Origin: an uncultured Alphaproteobacteria bacterium
Lineage (GTDB): Bacteria; Pseudomonadota; Alphaproteobacteria; HIMB59; GCA-002718135
Assembly: GCA_902635455.1 (NCBI GenBank)
Contig: CACPNW010000003.1
Location: forward strand, 12,295 to 76,294
Direction: 5' to 3'
Length of the DNA stretch: 64,000 nt
Shown here: positions 38,286 to 46,684 of the stretch, in pieces
How positions within the stretch are numbered: position 1 is the stretch's first letter
How the letters are laid out: every line of letters starts with the position of its first letter
Position numbers and translations under genes: made by a program
Notes under the pieces: generated by a model
The model's database searches: none
Told to the model about the DNA's origin: nothing
The model's input: the letters and a program-made list of their open reading frames with translations, nothing else

Positions 38286-38924
38286 ATGAGTAATGATTCG
38301 CATTTAAAAATTATTAGACCTTTTGGTCCTTCATTAGCTATTGTTAATATACCTGAATTTTTGATAAAAAAGTTAAATGATTTTGTAGATTCTGAAGTAG
38401 CTAATAGTAAAGAAAAAGCATCTCAACTTGATGCTGGGCCAAATTTAGTTGGCCAAGTATCTCAAGAAATTAATATTCCAAAAAAAATAATTGAAGAAGG
38501 TTTGTATGATTTTCTTTATCAAAGTACAAAAGCATATGTTAAGCTATCAATAAATAAAGATATAAATAAATTTAATTTATTAAACACTTGGATCGTTAGA
38601 CAATTTCAAAATGAATATAATCCTATTCATTTTCACTCAGGCCATATTTCTGGAGCTGGCTACTTGATGGTTCCAGATAATTTAGGGGAAACTATTCAAA
38701 AGGATAAAGTAAATACACACGGCAATATTAATTTTCATCATGGTTCAAAACAATTTATGTCTGGGGGGTATGTTTCTAAAAAACCAAATATAGGTGATTT
38801 TTATTTATTTCCTCACTATCTTTATCATTCAGTAAATCCTTTTTATGGTGAAGGTGAGAGGCGTTCATTATCATTTAATGCTAAAATTGATGATGAAATA
38901 TATCAAGTTTATGGAATTGAATAA
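38286..38924 (+). CDS. Putative 2OG-Fe(II) oxygenase (HxH type)
   Basis: NEYNPIHFHSG, LFPHYLYHSVNPF, ERRSLSFN. Confidence 0.75.
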   Translation: MSNDSHLKIIRPFGPSLAIVNIPEFLIKKLNDFVDSEVANSKEKASQLDAGPNLVGQVSQEINIPKKIIEEGLYDFLYQSTKAYVKLSINKDINKFNLLNTWIVRQFQNEYNPIHFHSGHISGAGYLMVPDNLGETIQKDKVNTHGNINFHHGSKQFMSGGYVSKKPNIGDFYLFPHYLYHSVNPFYGEGERRSLSFNAKIDDEIYQVYGIE

Positions 38925-38959
38925 TTAGCTATTTTTATAAATTAGATTCAAAAATTTGT

Positions 38960-39841
38960 TTAAATATAATTAAGTTCTAGCATTTGTTTTTCAAAAGCAT
39001 TTTCTATAGAGATTATCTGTTTTTTATCCAATTTTTTTTTCCATTGTCCACATGAGCCCTCTCTAAAAAATTTTGAATGTTCAGATTTTTCAATAAAGCC
39101 TAGTTTTTTTTCTATACTTTGTAGGTTTGCAAAATTAGTTGATTTAATTATATTTCTTATTTTTTTACTTTTGTTTGAAATTTCAATTTCATAATTATTT
39201 TTAAAAAACAATATTATTTTATTAATTTCTTTTTCTGCATCATATAACAAATCTTCAAATTTTATAAATAAACTTGGAACTTTCACAAAATTTTTCCAAG
39301 AACGATAATGATCTTGCCAATTATAAATAAATTCAGGCATTCTATTTTTTGTTTTTTGATTTCCCATAATATTATTATTTTTAATAAAATTAATTGTTGA
39401 ATCCAAATCTTTATTTAAGTGCTTAGAATATGATATTACAATATCCCTAGGGTCTCTATAAATATAAATGAACCCAATAGTAGTAAGTTCATTTGTATAA
39501 ACAAAATTTTTAAATTTTAATATAGCGTTATGAGTTTTAAAAAAATTTATTCTTTTATCTTTCTTTATTTTTTTTTGAGACTCTAGCCAATATTTGGCAA
39601 GAGTTGATGTAGATTCATGATCATATTCATTATTATTAAATATAGTTTTGTAATCTTTTAAAGATAATTTTTTTATAAATTTAAAATTTTCAAATGTATC
39701 TAACTTAGGAATATTATTCAAAATATCAAGATTTTGTATATTTCCATTATCTGTAAAAAAAATTCCACATAAGATTAACCTTAACCAAGTGTTGCCACTT
39801 TTAGGATATGAAGCTGTCCAAAATATTTTATCTTTATGCAT
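38960..39841 (-). CDS. PAPS-dependent sulfotransferase
   Basis: ASYPKSGNTW (5'-PSB), KTH, RDPRDIVISY (3'-PB), FFREG..GQWK. Confidence 0.9.
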   Translation of the reverse strand: MHKDKIFWTASYPKSGNTWLRLILCGIFFTDNGNIQNLDILNNIPKLDTFENFKFIKKLSLKDYKTIFNNNEYDHESTSTLAKYWLESQKKIKKDKRINFFKTHNAILKFKNFVYTNELTTIGFIYIYRDPRDIVISYSKHLNKDLDSTINFIKNNNIMGNQKTKNRMPEFIYNWQDHYRSWKNFVKVPSLFIKFEDLLYDAEKEINKIILFFKNNYEIEISNKSKKIRNIIKSTNFANLQSIEKKLGFIEKSEHSKFFREGSCGQWKKKLDKKQIISIENAFEKQMLELNYI

Positions 39842-39856
39842 AAATTAATATTTTTC

Positions 39857-39931
39857 TGGCGGTCTCGTAGGGACTCGAACCCCAAATCCATGTTCCGAAG
39901 ACACGTGTGATATCCATTTCACCACGAGACC
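39857..39931 (-). tRNA. tRNA-Arg(UCG)
   Basis: Reverse complement GGTCTCGTGGTGAAATGGATATCACACGTGTCTTCGGAACATGGATTTGGGGTTCGAGTCCCTACGAGACCGCCA: 7-bp acceptor stem, anticodon loop CT-TCG-GA, CCA end. Confidence 0.9.
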
Positions 39932-40009
39932 TTTTTTATAGTATATTATATAATTTTATTATTAAATCTATTTTTCATTAAAACATTATCTATTATAGTT
40001 AGTTTTATA

Positions 40010-40792
40010 ATGAGTTTTTATTTATCAAAAATTATATGGTTAGTTGTAAATCCTTTTAATATATTAGTGCTTTGTTTATTTTTAACTTTTTTTTTACTAA
40101 TTATTAAAAAAAAGAGAAAAGCTTTTTATTTATTATCATTTTCAATATTAATAATTATTGTCTGTGGACTTTTTCCTTTTGGGAAGTTACTTATATATAG
40201 TTTAGAAAAAAAATATCATGACGATGTTTTTTTACCAGACAAAATAGATGGAATTATTATCCTTGGGGGTGCGACTAATCCTTTTTTAACAGATCAATAT
40301 GATCAAATTAGTCTTAATAATTCTGCTGAAAGATTAGTATTATCTATTCAACTTATAAAAAAAAACCAAAATTCCAAAATTATTTTTTCAGGAGGCTCGG
40401 GTTCAATTTCAAACCAAGAGCTAGATCATGCAAAAGTGGCAAAACGTTTTTTTATTGAAGCTGGCATTGATACGAATAATATTATTTTTGAAAACAAATC
40501 AAGAAATACATATGAAAATATTTTAATTTCTAAGCAATTAGCAAAACCAAGAGTAGATGAAAATTGGTTAGTTGTTACATCTGCCTACCATATGAATAGA
40601 GCAGTATATATTGGAGAAAAACTTAATTGGAAATTATTACCTTATCCTGTTGATTTTTATTTACCTAAAAAATTTAATATTAAACCCACATTAAATTTAT
40701 TGGGTAATTTTAATTACACGCAGAAAGGATCACATGAATGGATTGGTTTAATCTCATATTATTTAATGGGCAGATCAGAAAAAATATTTTAA
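40010..40792 (+). CDS. YdcF/ElyC (DUF218) family envelope protein
   Basis: IIILGG, IFSGGSG, ENKSRNTYEN, VTSAYHMNRA, HEWIGL. Confidence 0.88.
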   Translation: MSFYLSKIIWLVVNPFNILVLCLFLTFFLLIIKKKRKAFYLLSFSILIIIVCGLFPFGKLLIYSLEKKYHDDVFLPDKIDGIIILGGATNPFLTDQYDQISLNNSAERLVLSIQLIKKNQNSKIIFSGGSGSISNQELDHAKVAKRFFIEAGIDTNNIIFENKSRNTYENILISKQLAKPRVDENWLVVTSAYHMNRAVYIGEKLNWKLLPYPVDFYLPKKFNIKPTLNLLGNFNYTQKGSHEWIGLISYYLMGRSEKIF

Positions 40793-41353
40793 TTACCAAG
40801 AAGTATTAGGAAGTTTTAAAAAGTCTATTTCTTCTTGAGTTGATTTTCTTTTTAGAATATTATTTCTATGAGGGTATCTCCCGAATTTTTTAATTGGTAT
40901 CGAATGAAAGTTCCAAGTTTTTTTGATTGCATCGTATTCCTCAAAATTTTTAAGATAGGCATCTACTAGTTTGTGCCCAAATTCATGATCACTTATGTCT
41001 TCACTATGCACCAATGGTAGTAATAAAAAATGAATTTTAATTTGATCTAACTCCTCTAAATAACCCCTGTCTATTGCTTCGTTAACAATAAGCCTTGTTT
41101 TATAATCTTGTTTAAAAGCATTCGGACTATTTCTGAACAGGTTTCTAGAAAATTGATCTAATAAAATTACCAAAGCAACACATTCTTCCGGTGTATCTTG
41201 CCAATCGTCATATTCATTATTTATTGCTTTTTTTAAGTCATTTAAAAAAAGAGCTCTAATTTTATTATCAAATTCTTCATTTTTTTTAAACCAATCTTTC
41301 ATATCAGATTGAACAAACCAGAAGTCGAGAATAGTTTTTGCTCTTTCATTCAT
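40793..41353 (-). CDS. DUF924 family protein
   Basis: ILDFWF, ILLDQFSRNLFR, PLVHSE, FGRYPHRN; ATG at 41353. Confidence 0.88.
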   Translation of the reverse strand: MNERAKTILDFWFVQSDMKDWFKKNEEFDNKIRALFLNDLKKAINNEYDDWQDTPEECVALVILLDQFSRNLFRNSPNAFKQDYKTRLIVNEAIDRGYLEELDQIKIHFLLLPLVHSEDISDHEFGHKLVDAYLKNFEEYDAIKKTWNFHSIPIKKFGRYPHRNNILKRKSTQEEIDFLKLPNTSW

Positions 41354-41384
41354 AATACTGCTATAATATAGAAGATTATTCTTC

Positions 41385-42062
41385 ATGACATTAATAAAGT
41401 TAAATAAAGAAATTGTTAAATGCAGACACTGTAGCCGCCTTGTGAATTTTCGAGAAAAAATTGCTAATGAAAAAAGACGTCAATACATTGATCAAACTTA
41501 TTGGGGCAAACCAATTACAGGATACGGAGACGTTGATGCGAGATTATTAATGATTGGGCTTGCTCCTGCAGCCCATGGAGGCAATAGAACAGGAAGGGTT
41601 TTTACTGGAGATAGGTCCGCAGATTTTCTTTTTCAATGTTTATTTAAAGTCGGTTTAGCTAATCAGCCAACATCGGTTAATCGTAATGACGGTTTAAAGT
41701 TAATAAACTTATATTTAACTACTGCTTTAAAATGTGTTCCACCAGGTGATAAACCTACTTCAACAGAATTAAAGATATGTTTTCAATATTTTAAACGAGA
41801 AATAGCATTACTCTCAAAAGTTAACACCATTGTTGCTCTCGGAAAAATAGCATTTGATGCGTGTATTAATTTTTACAAAACAAGTTATGAAATAAAAAAT
41901 AAAAATTTTATATTTAAACACGGTAAAGAATTTTTATTACCAGACAATAAAGTGCTTGTTGGTAGCTACCATCCAAGTCCAAGAAATGTTAATACAGGAA
42001 GAATAGACAAAAATAAAATGATTAAATTATTAAAAAAAGTAGAAAAAATAATCGAGCGATAG
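41385..42062 (+). CDS. Uracil-DNA glycosylase family 5 (UdgB-like, Fe-S)
   Basis: CRHC.RL, GLAPAAHGGNRTGRVFTGD, CVPPGDKP, YHPSPRN. Confidence 0.9.
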   Translation: MTLIKLNKEIVKCRHCSRLVNFREKIANEKRRQYIDQTYWGKPITGYGDVDARLLMIGLAPAAHGGNRTGRVFTGDRSADFLFQCLFKVGLANQPTSVNRNDGLKLINLYLTTALKCVPPGDKPTSTELKICFQYFKREIALLSKVNTIVALGKIAFDACINFYKTSYEIKNKNFIFKHGKEFLLPDNKVLVGSYHPSPRNVNTGRIDKNKMIKLLKKVEKIIER

Positions 42063-42263
42063 ATGAAAAATAAAAGAATAAAAGCTGTAAAAAATAATAA
42101 AAATAATTGTTCAGATCAAATTTCATTCTTTGGTTATGATAATTTGTTTTTTAAAACTGTTAACTTGCCCAAACCTCAAAGATTTAAAAGTTTATGTCGT
42201 AAATTTCATATTAAAAAAGTTATTTATAATAATTCCATTTTGTATAATTATATTCAGATTTAA
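42063..42263 (+). CDS. Hypothetical 66-aa basic protein
   Basis: Fills the gap exactly (0 nt after the UDG stop, 5 nt before the MFS ATG); no recognisable motif. Confidence 0.4.
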   Translation: MKNKRIKAVKNNKNNCSDQISFFGYDNLFFKTVNLPKPQRFKSLCRKFHIKKVIYNNSILYNYIQI

Positions 42264-42268
42264 AATTT

Positions 42269-43462
42269 ATGAAAAATTTTTTTTCATCAGACCCTAAACT
42301 TCTTGGTTATGGTTTTTTGATATTATTTTTCGCTAGTTATGGACAAACTTTTTTTATTTCACTTTTTAATGAAAACATAAGGCAGTATTATAAAATTTCT
42401 GATGGTGAGTTTGGACTTATCTATTCCGTAGCAACTACTTTGAGTTCATTAATTCTAGTTAGTTTTGCAAAACTAATAGATTATATTGATTTAAGACTAT
42501 ATTCATTTCTTATTTGTATTGGATTAAGTTTATCCTGTTTTGGAATGTTTATTTTTTATAATAATATTTTTTATCTTTTTTTGATTATCTTTGCTCTACG
42601 TTTTTTTGGTCAGGGTGCAATGAGCCATGCAGGAGAAACAACAATGGTACGATATTTTGGTAAAAACCGTGGCAAAGCTATTTCTGTATCAACTTTAGGA
42701 GGAATGATTGGTGTAACAATACTACCTTTGATTGTAGTGAAATTATCAAAAAATTTTGGAGATCAAAATGTTTGGCTTTTATCATCTTTAAGTATGGTTA
42801 TATTTATACCCTTAATGTTTTTAATTCTAAATAACCACAAAGATAGACATACTAACTTTATTGATAATTTAAAAAATAATCATTTAAGTAAAAAATGGAA
42901 AACAAAAGAAGTTTTACTTGATAGTAAATTTTACGTTTATTTACCTCTTTCACTTGCCGCCCCATTTATAAGTACTGGGCTAATGTTTCATCAAATTTTT
43001 ATTATAAATCAGAAAAATTGGTCTTTTGAAATGCTTGGAACCGGATACATTTTTCTCGGGATTTTTTCAATAATTGGACTCCTTATTGGAGGTCCAATAA
43101 TCGATAAATTTGATACTAAAAGAACAGCTTTAACTTCTTTATTTCCTTTATTAATTGGTGTTATTGTTCTTTTATTTTTTGAAAGTTACATTTTCCTAAT
43201 TATTTACATGTCATTCTATGGACTAAACTTAGGCTTATCTACTCCATTGATTGGTGCATTGTGGGCTGAAATATATGGTTTAGAGAGTTTAGGTGTAGTG
43301 AAAGCCTTGTTACATGCAAGTATGGTTTTGGCATCAGCATTATCACCATTAATTTTTGGATATTTAATTGATTGGGGGTTTGGTATTTTAATGATTGTTA
43401 CTATTAGTATTTCTATTATATTATTCTCAACTTTACTGCCTCTGTATAAAAAACTTCCATGA
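42269..43462 (+). CDS. MFS transporter
   Basis: SYGQTFFISLF, RFFGQG, RGKAIS; about 12 TM. Confidence 0.88.
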   Translation: MKNFFSSDPKLLGYGFLILFFASYGQTFFISLFNENIRQYYKISDGEFGLIYSVATTLSSLILVSFAKLIDYIDLRLYSFLICIGLSLSCFGMFIFYNNIFYLFLIIFALRFFGQGAMSHAGETTMVRYFGKNRGKAISVSTLGGMIGVTILPLIVVKLSKNFGDQNVWLLSSLSMVIFIPLMFLILNNHKDRHTNFIDNLKNNHLSKKWKTKEVLLDSKFYVYLPLSLAAPFISTGLMFHQIFIINQKNWSFEMLGTGYIFLGIFSIIGLLIGGPIIDKFDTKRTALTSLFPLLIGVIVLLFFESYIFLIIYMSFYGLNLGLSTPLIGALWAEIYGLESLGVVKALLHASMVLASALSPLIFGYLIDWGFGILMIVTISISIILFSTLLPLYKKLP

Positions 43463-43596
43463 ATAAGCAAATTAACGAAAGTATTAAATTTCTTTTATCA
43501 GAGTATAAAAGGTTAAAAATGAAACAAAAAGAAAAAAAAATTACTAAAGAAGAAAAAGAAACTTTAACAAAATTAAAAAGCTTTTTAGGTAAATAG
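43459..43596 (+). CDS. Hypothetical 45-aa helical protein
   Basis: Hand translation MNKQINESIKFLLSEYKRLKMKQKEKKITKEEKETLTKLKSFLGK*; ATGA overlap with the MFS stop; ends 1 nt before zapE ATG. Confidence 0.6.
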   Translation: MNKQINESIKFLLSEYKRLKMKQKEKKITKEEKETLTKLKSFLGK

Positions 43597-43597
43597 T

Positions 43598-44629
43598 ATG
43601 AAATTTAATATTCTAGATCAATATAATTCATTTGTAGAAAATAATTTTATAAAAAAAGATTTAAAACAAGTTGAGGTTTTAAAGAAAATTAATGAAGCAT
43701 GGAATAAAAATAAAAAAATTTTTTTCTCAAAAAAAAACAAAAAAGGCGTTTACCTTCATGGTGGAGTTGGAACAGGTAAAACTTTTTTATTAAATATATT
43801 TTATCAGTATACAAAAGTAGGAAAAAAAATTCATTTTAATCATTTAATGAATAAAATTCATATGAATATTAATAATAACAAAACTCAAAATCAAAAATTA
43901 GATAAGTTTATAAAAGAATTTTGTGCAAATAAAAAAATACTTTTTATAGATGAATTGCATATATTCAATATTGTAGATGCCTTAATAATTAAAAAAATAT
44001 TTGAAGTTTTTGAAAAATACAAAATTTTTATACTAATATCATCAAACTATAGTCCAAAAGATTTGTATAAAGATGGTTTACAAAGAAATGATTTTGTTCC
44101 TTTTATAAATTTAATAAACAATAACTTTGAAGTTATAAATTATAAAAGTAATTATGACTATCGGCGTATTGCTCTTAATCAATCAAAAACTTATTTTACA
44201 CCAATAAATATAGATACAAAAAATGAATTTAAAAAATTATTTGAAAGGTTTATTGACAAATCACTATTAAGTACAAAAAAAATTAAAACGAATAGTAGAG
44301 AGATTGTTCTAGATAACTGCACAGCAAATGTAGCTTTATGTGAGTTTGATTCACTTTGTGGAGCTAATTTAGCTCATGAAGATTATAAAAATATAGCTAT
44401 GAATTTTAGCTTACTTTTCATAAAAAATATTCCAATTTTTACTTCAGAAATCTTAGATAAATGTAGAAGATTTATAAGTTTAATTGATATGCTGTATGAA
44501 AAAAATTGTTCAGTAGTTTTGCTTGCTGAAGCTCCTATTTCTTCAGTTTGTAAAATAAAAAAACTGTCAAAGGAGTTTGAAAGAACAGAAAGTAGATTGT
44601 ATGAAATGACAATAATTAAAACAAGCTAA
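43598..44629 (+). CDS. zapE: AFG1/ZapE family ATPase
   Basis: GVYLHGGVGTGKT, IHF, FIDE, SSN..P.DLYKDGLQR..F.PFI, RRFISLID.LY, FERT.SRL.EM. Confidence 0.9.
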   Translation: MKFNILDQYNSFVENNFIKKDLKQVEVLKKINEAWNKNKKIFFSKKNKKGVYLHGGVGTGKTFLLNIFYQYTKVGKKIHFNHLMNKIHMNINNNKTQNQKLDKFIKEFCANKKILFIDELHIFNIVDALIIKKIFEVFEKYKIFILISSNYSPKDLYKDGLQRNDFVPFINLINNNFEVINYKSNYDYRRIALNQSKTYFTPINIDTKNEFKKLFERFIDKSLLSTKKIKTNSREIVLDNCTANVALCEFDSLCGANLAHEDYKNIAMNFSLLFIKNIPIFTSEILDKCRRFISLIDMLYEKNCSVVLLAEAPISSVCKIKKLSKEFERTESRLYEMTIIKTS

Positions 44630-44630
44630 G

Positions 44631-45617
44631 ATGAAAAAATTATTTTTATATATATTTGGAATAGTTTTATTTTCTTTAATAACTTATGTATCAATAGGTT
44701 ATTATATTGCTTATAGCATTTTGCGTATAGAAGCTAATTGTGGATTGCATGAAGGTTCATTACCTAACTCCTGGGATACAAAAATTGATCATCATACATA
44801 TTCAGTTTTAGAAAGAAAAATTTTAAGAGAATATTTTCCCTCTAGTCAATATCACTTGAATGAATGGCAAGATGTATATTTCCCATCAAGAAACAATAAT
44901 ATTAAACTTAATGGTTGGTTGTTTAATTATTATAAAAATAGACCAATTGTAATTGTAGTTCATGGTATTTTTCCAAATGGTAAATGTAAACCAGAATCAA
45001 ATTTAATTGCAAGTTTATTAATAAAAAATAATATTAACGCTCTTACAATTGATTTAAGAAATTATGGTCAAAGCGAAACCGTCAGCAGTTATGAAAATTT
45101 AGGCTTAAGTGAATATAAAGATGTTTTAGGAGCTTTTGATTTTTTAAAAAAAATAGGTTTTGCATCAAATAAAATTGGATTACATGGAATTTCTTTAGGT
45201 GCAAGCACGGCAATTATTGCAGCATCAAAAGAAAAAAATATAAATGCAATTTGGTCTGATAGTTCCCTTGCTGAATTTAATCTTATATTAAAGGATGAAA
45301 TTTCTAGGTATGGTATGCCTAATATTTTTGGACCAATAGTTAGTTTGATAGGTAAAATTCTAACTGGAATAAACCCAAGTGAATTATCTCCAGTAAATAA
45401 ATTAAGCTCAATGCAATATTATTTTTTTACTCATGGTGAAAAAGATAAACGTATTCCTGTTCATCATTTTCAATACATTAAAGATTTTTCAATTCTTAAT
45501 AATATTAATGCTGAATTTTGGCTTGTAAAAGATTCATATCACGTAGATGCTATGTTTAAGTATCCTGAAGAGTACGGTGTAAGAATGAGAAAATTTTTTG
45601 ATAAACACTTAAAATAA
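44631..45617 (+). CDS. Membrane-anchored alpha/beta hydrolase
   Basis: N-terminal TM, VVHG, DLRNYGQS, GISLG nucleophile elbow, HGEKDKR, SYH. Confidence 0.82.
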   Translation: MKKLFLYIFGIVLFSLITYVSIGYYIAYSILRIEANCGLHEGSLPNSWDTKIDHHTYSVLERKILREYFPSSQYHLNEWQDVYFPSRNNNIKLNGWLFNYYKNRPIVIVVHGIFPNGKCKPESNLIASLLIKNNINALTIDLRNYGQSETVSSYENLGLSEYKDVLGAFDFLKKIGFASNKIGLHGISLGASTAIIAASKEKNINAIWSDSSLAEFNLILKDEISRYGMPNIFGPIVSLIGKILTGINPSELSPVNKLSSMQYYFFTHGEKDKRIPVHHFQYIKDFSILNNINAEFWLVKDSYHVDAMFKYPEEYGVRMRKFFDKHLK

Positions 45618-45755
45618 AGCCGGACATTAACTAGCTTGTACCTTGGCAGACACCTCTCTAGTAATAAAACCCAATAACCATCAAACGGCGGGTAAGATGA
45701 TAAAATCCCTTGGCGTTCCTCCGAAGCAAAGAAATTTGAGTTAGAATCCGGCTTT
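45616..45755 (-). ncRNA. Candidate 140-nt long-hairpin ncRNA (6S-like architecture)
   Basis: GC-enriched island; ends AAAGCCGGA/TCCGGCTTT pair; nested stems UAACU/AGUUA, ACGCC/GGUGU, ACCC/GGGU, GCCG/UGGU around an unpaired bubble; G-U pairs favour the minus strand. Confidence 0.55.
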
Positions 45756-45854
45756 GACCAAATTAATACCAAAAAAGCTAAAATTCAATAATTAACCAGA
45801 TTAAAAGTAATATGATTAAGAAAAAATAATTAAATGCTAATGATTCACTATAAA

Positions 45855-45875
45855 TTATCCACAGACTTATTAACA
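45855..45875 (+). promoter_or_regulatory. DnaA box plus adjacent degenerate box
   Basis: Perfect TTATCCACA (45855-45863) followed by TTATTAACA (45867-45875) in the AT-rich spacer before sdhC. Confidence 0.5.
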
Positions 45876-45977
45876 ATTATACAATTTTTAAATATTTCTA
45901 ATTGTTGATGATTTTTTTTGAAATTCTGCAAAAAATATATAGTTACTTATTGTTAAACATTAATTTTTTGTTTTAAA

Positions 45978-46346
45978 ATGAACAATAATAGGCCTTTATC
46001 CCCACATCTTAGTATTTATAAAAAGGTTTTACCTGCTGTATTTTCAATTTTGCATCGCTTCACAGGTATTGGATTAAGCTTTTGTTCAGTAATAATTGTG
46101 CTTTGGATATGCTTGATAGCATTAGGGGAAAATTATTTTTATTTATTTAAGCAAGTGTCAGAAAACCTTATGTTTAAAATTATTTTCATTATTTGGACAA
46201 TTGGATTATTTTACCACTTGTTCAACGGGATAAGGTATCTTTACTGGTCTTTTGGCGTAGGTATGGATTTAAAACAAATATATATTTCAGGCTATGTTGT
46301 AATTTTGCTTACTTTGGCAAGTTCAGTATTGGTATGGTTTACTTGA
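45978..46346 (+). CDS. sdhC: Succinate dehydrogenase cytochrome b556 subunit
   Basis: RPLSPHL.IY, SILHRFTG, YHLFNGIR. Confidence 0.95.
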   Translation: MNNNRPLSPHLSIYKKVLPAVFSILHRFTGIGLSFCSVIIVLWICLIALGENYFYLFKQVSENLMFKIIFIIWTIGLFYHLFNGIRYLYWSFGVGMDLKQIYISGYVVILLTLASSVLVWFT

Positions 46347-46684
46347 TGGGTAATTATAAAATAAAATGGATCATTCAACGTGTTACAGCAACAATATTAA
46401 TACCTCTAACTTTTTGGTTTGTTTATAATTGCGTAGCATTTTCAAGTATGAGTTATAATGATTTAGTTATTTTTTTTAAATCTAATTTAAATTCTTTTTT
46501 GTTCCTATTTATGTCAATTGTTATGCTTTTTCATGCCAAACTCGGTTGTGAAACAATTTTTGAAGATTATATAAAGTCTATAAAACTAAAAAAAATGAAT
46601 AAGTTTTTGTTAAATTTAATTATATTTTCATCAATGTTTGTTGTCATTTTTTCTATATTAAGGATTAATTTTTTAAATGTCTAA
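46346..46684 (+). CDS. sdhD: Succinate dehydrogenase membrane anchor subunit
   Basis: [19 protein letters not shown]; ATG overlaps the sdhC stop (TGATG). Confidence 0.92.
   Translation: MGNYKIKWIIQRVTATILIPLTFWFVYNCVAFSSMSYNDLVIFFKSNLNSFLFLFMSIVMLFHAKLGCETIFEDYIKSIKLKKMNKFLLNLIIFSSMFVVIFSILRINFLNV

Noticed and set aside
45616-45755. RNase P RNA, SRP RNA, tmRNA or a known riboswitch
   Set aside because: AGAATCCGGCTT resembles the RNase P 3' motif, but GAGGAAAGTCC is absent on that strand and the region is too short; no SRP helix-8 motif, tRNA-like ends or TPP/FMN/SAM/glycine/B12 cores were seen
45539-45772. 77-aa minus-strand ORF over the hairpin
   Set aside because: Non-ATG start, overlaps the hydrolase 3' end, atypical composition; better explained as structured RNA
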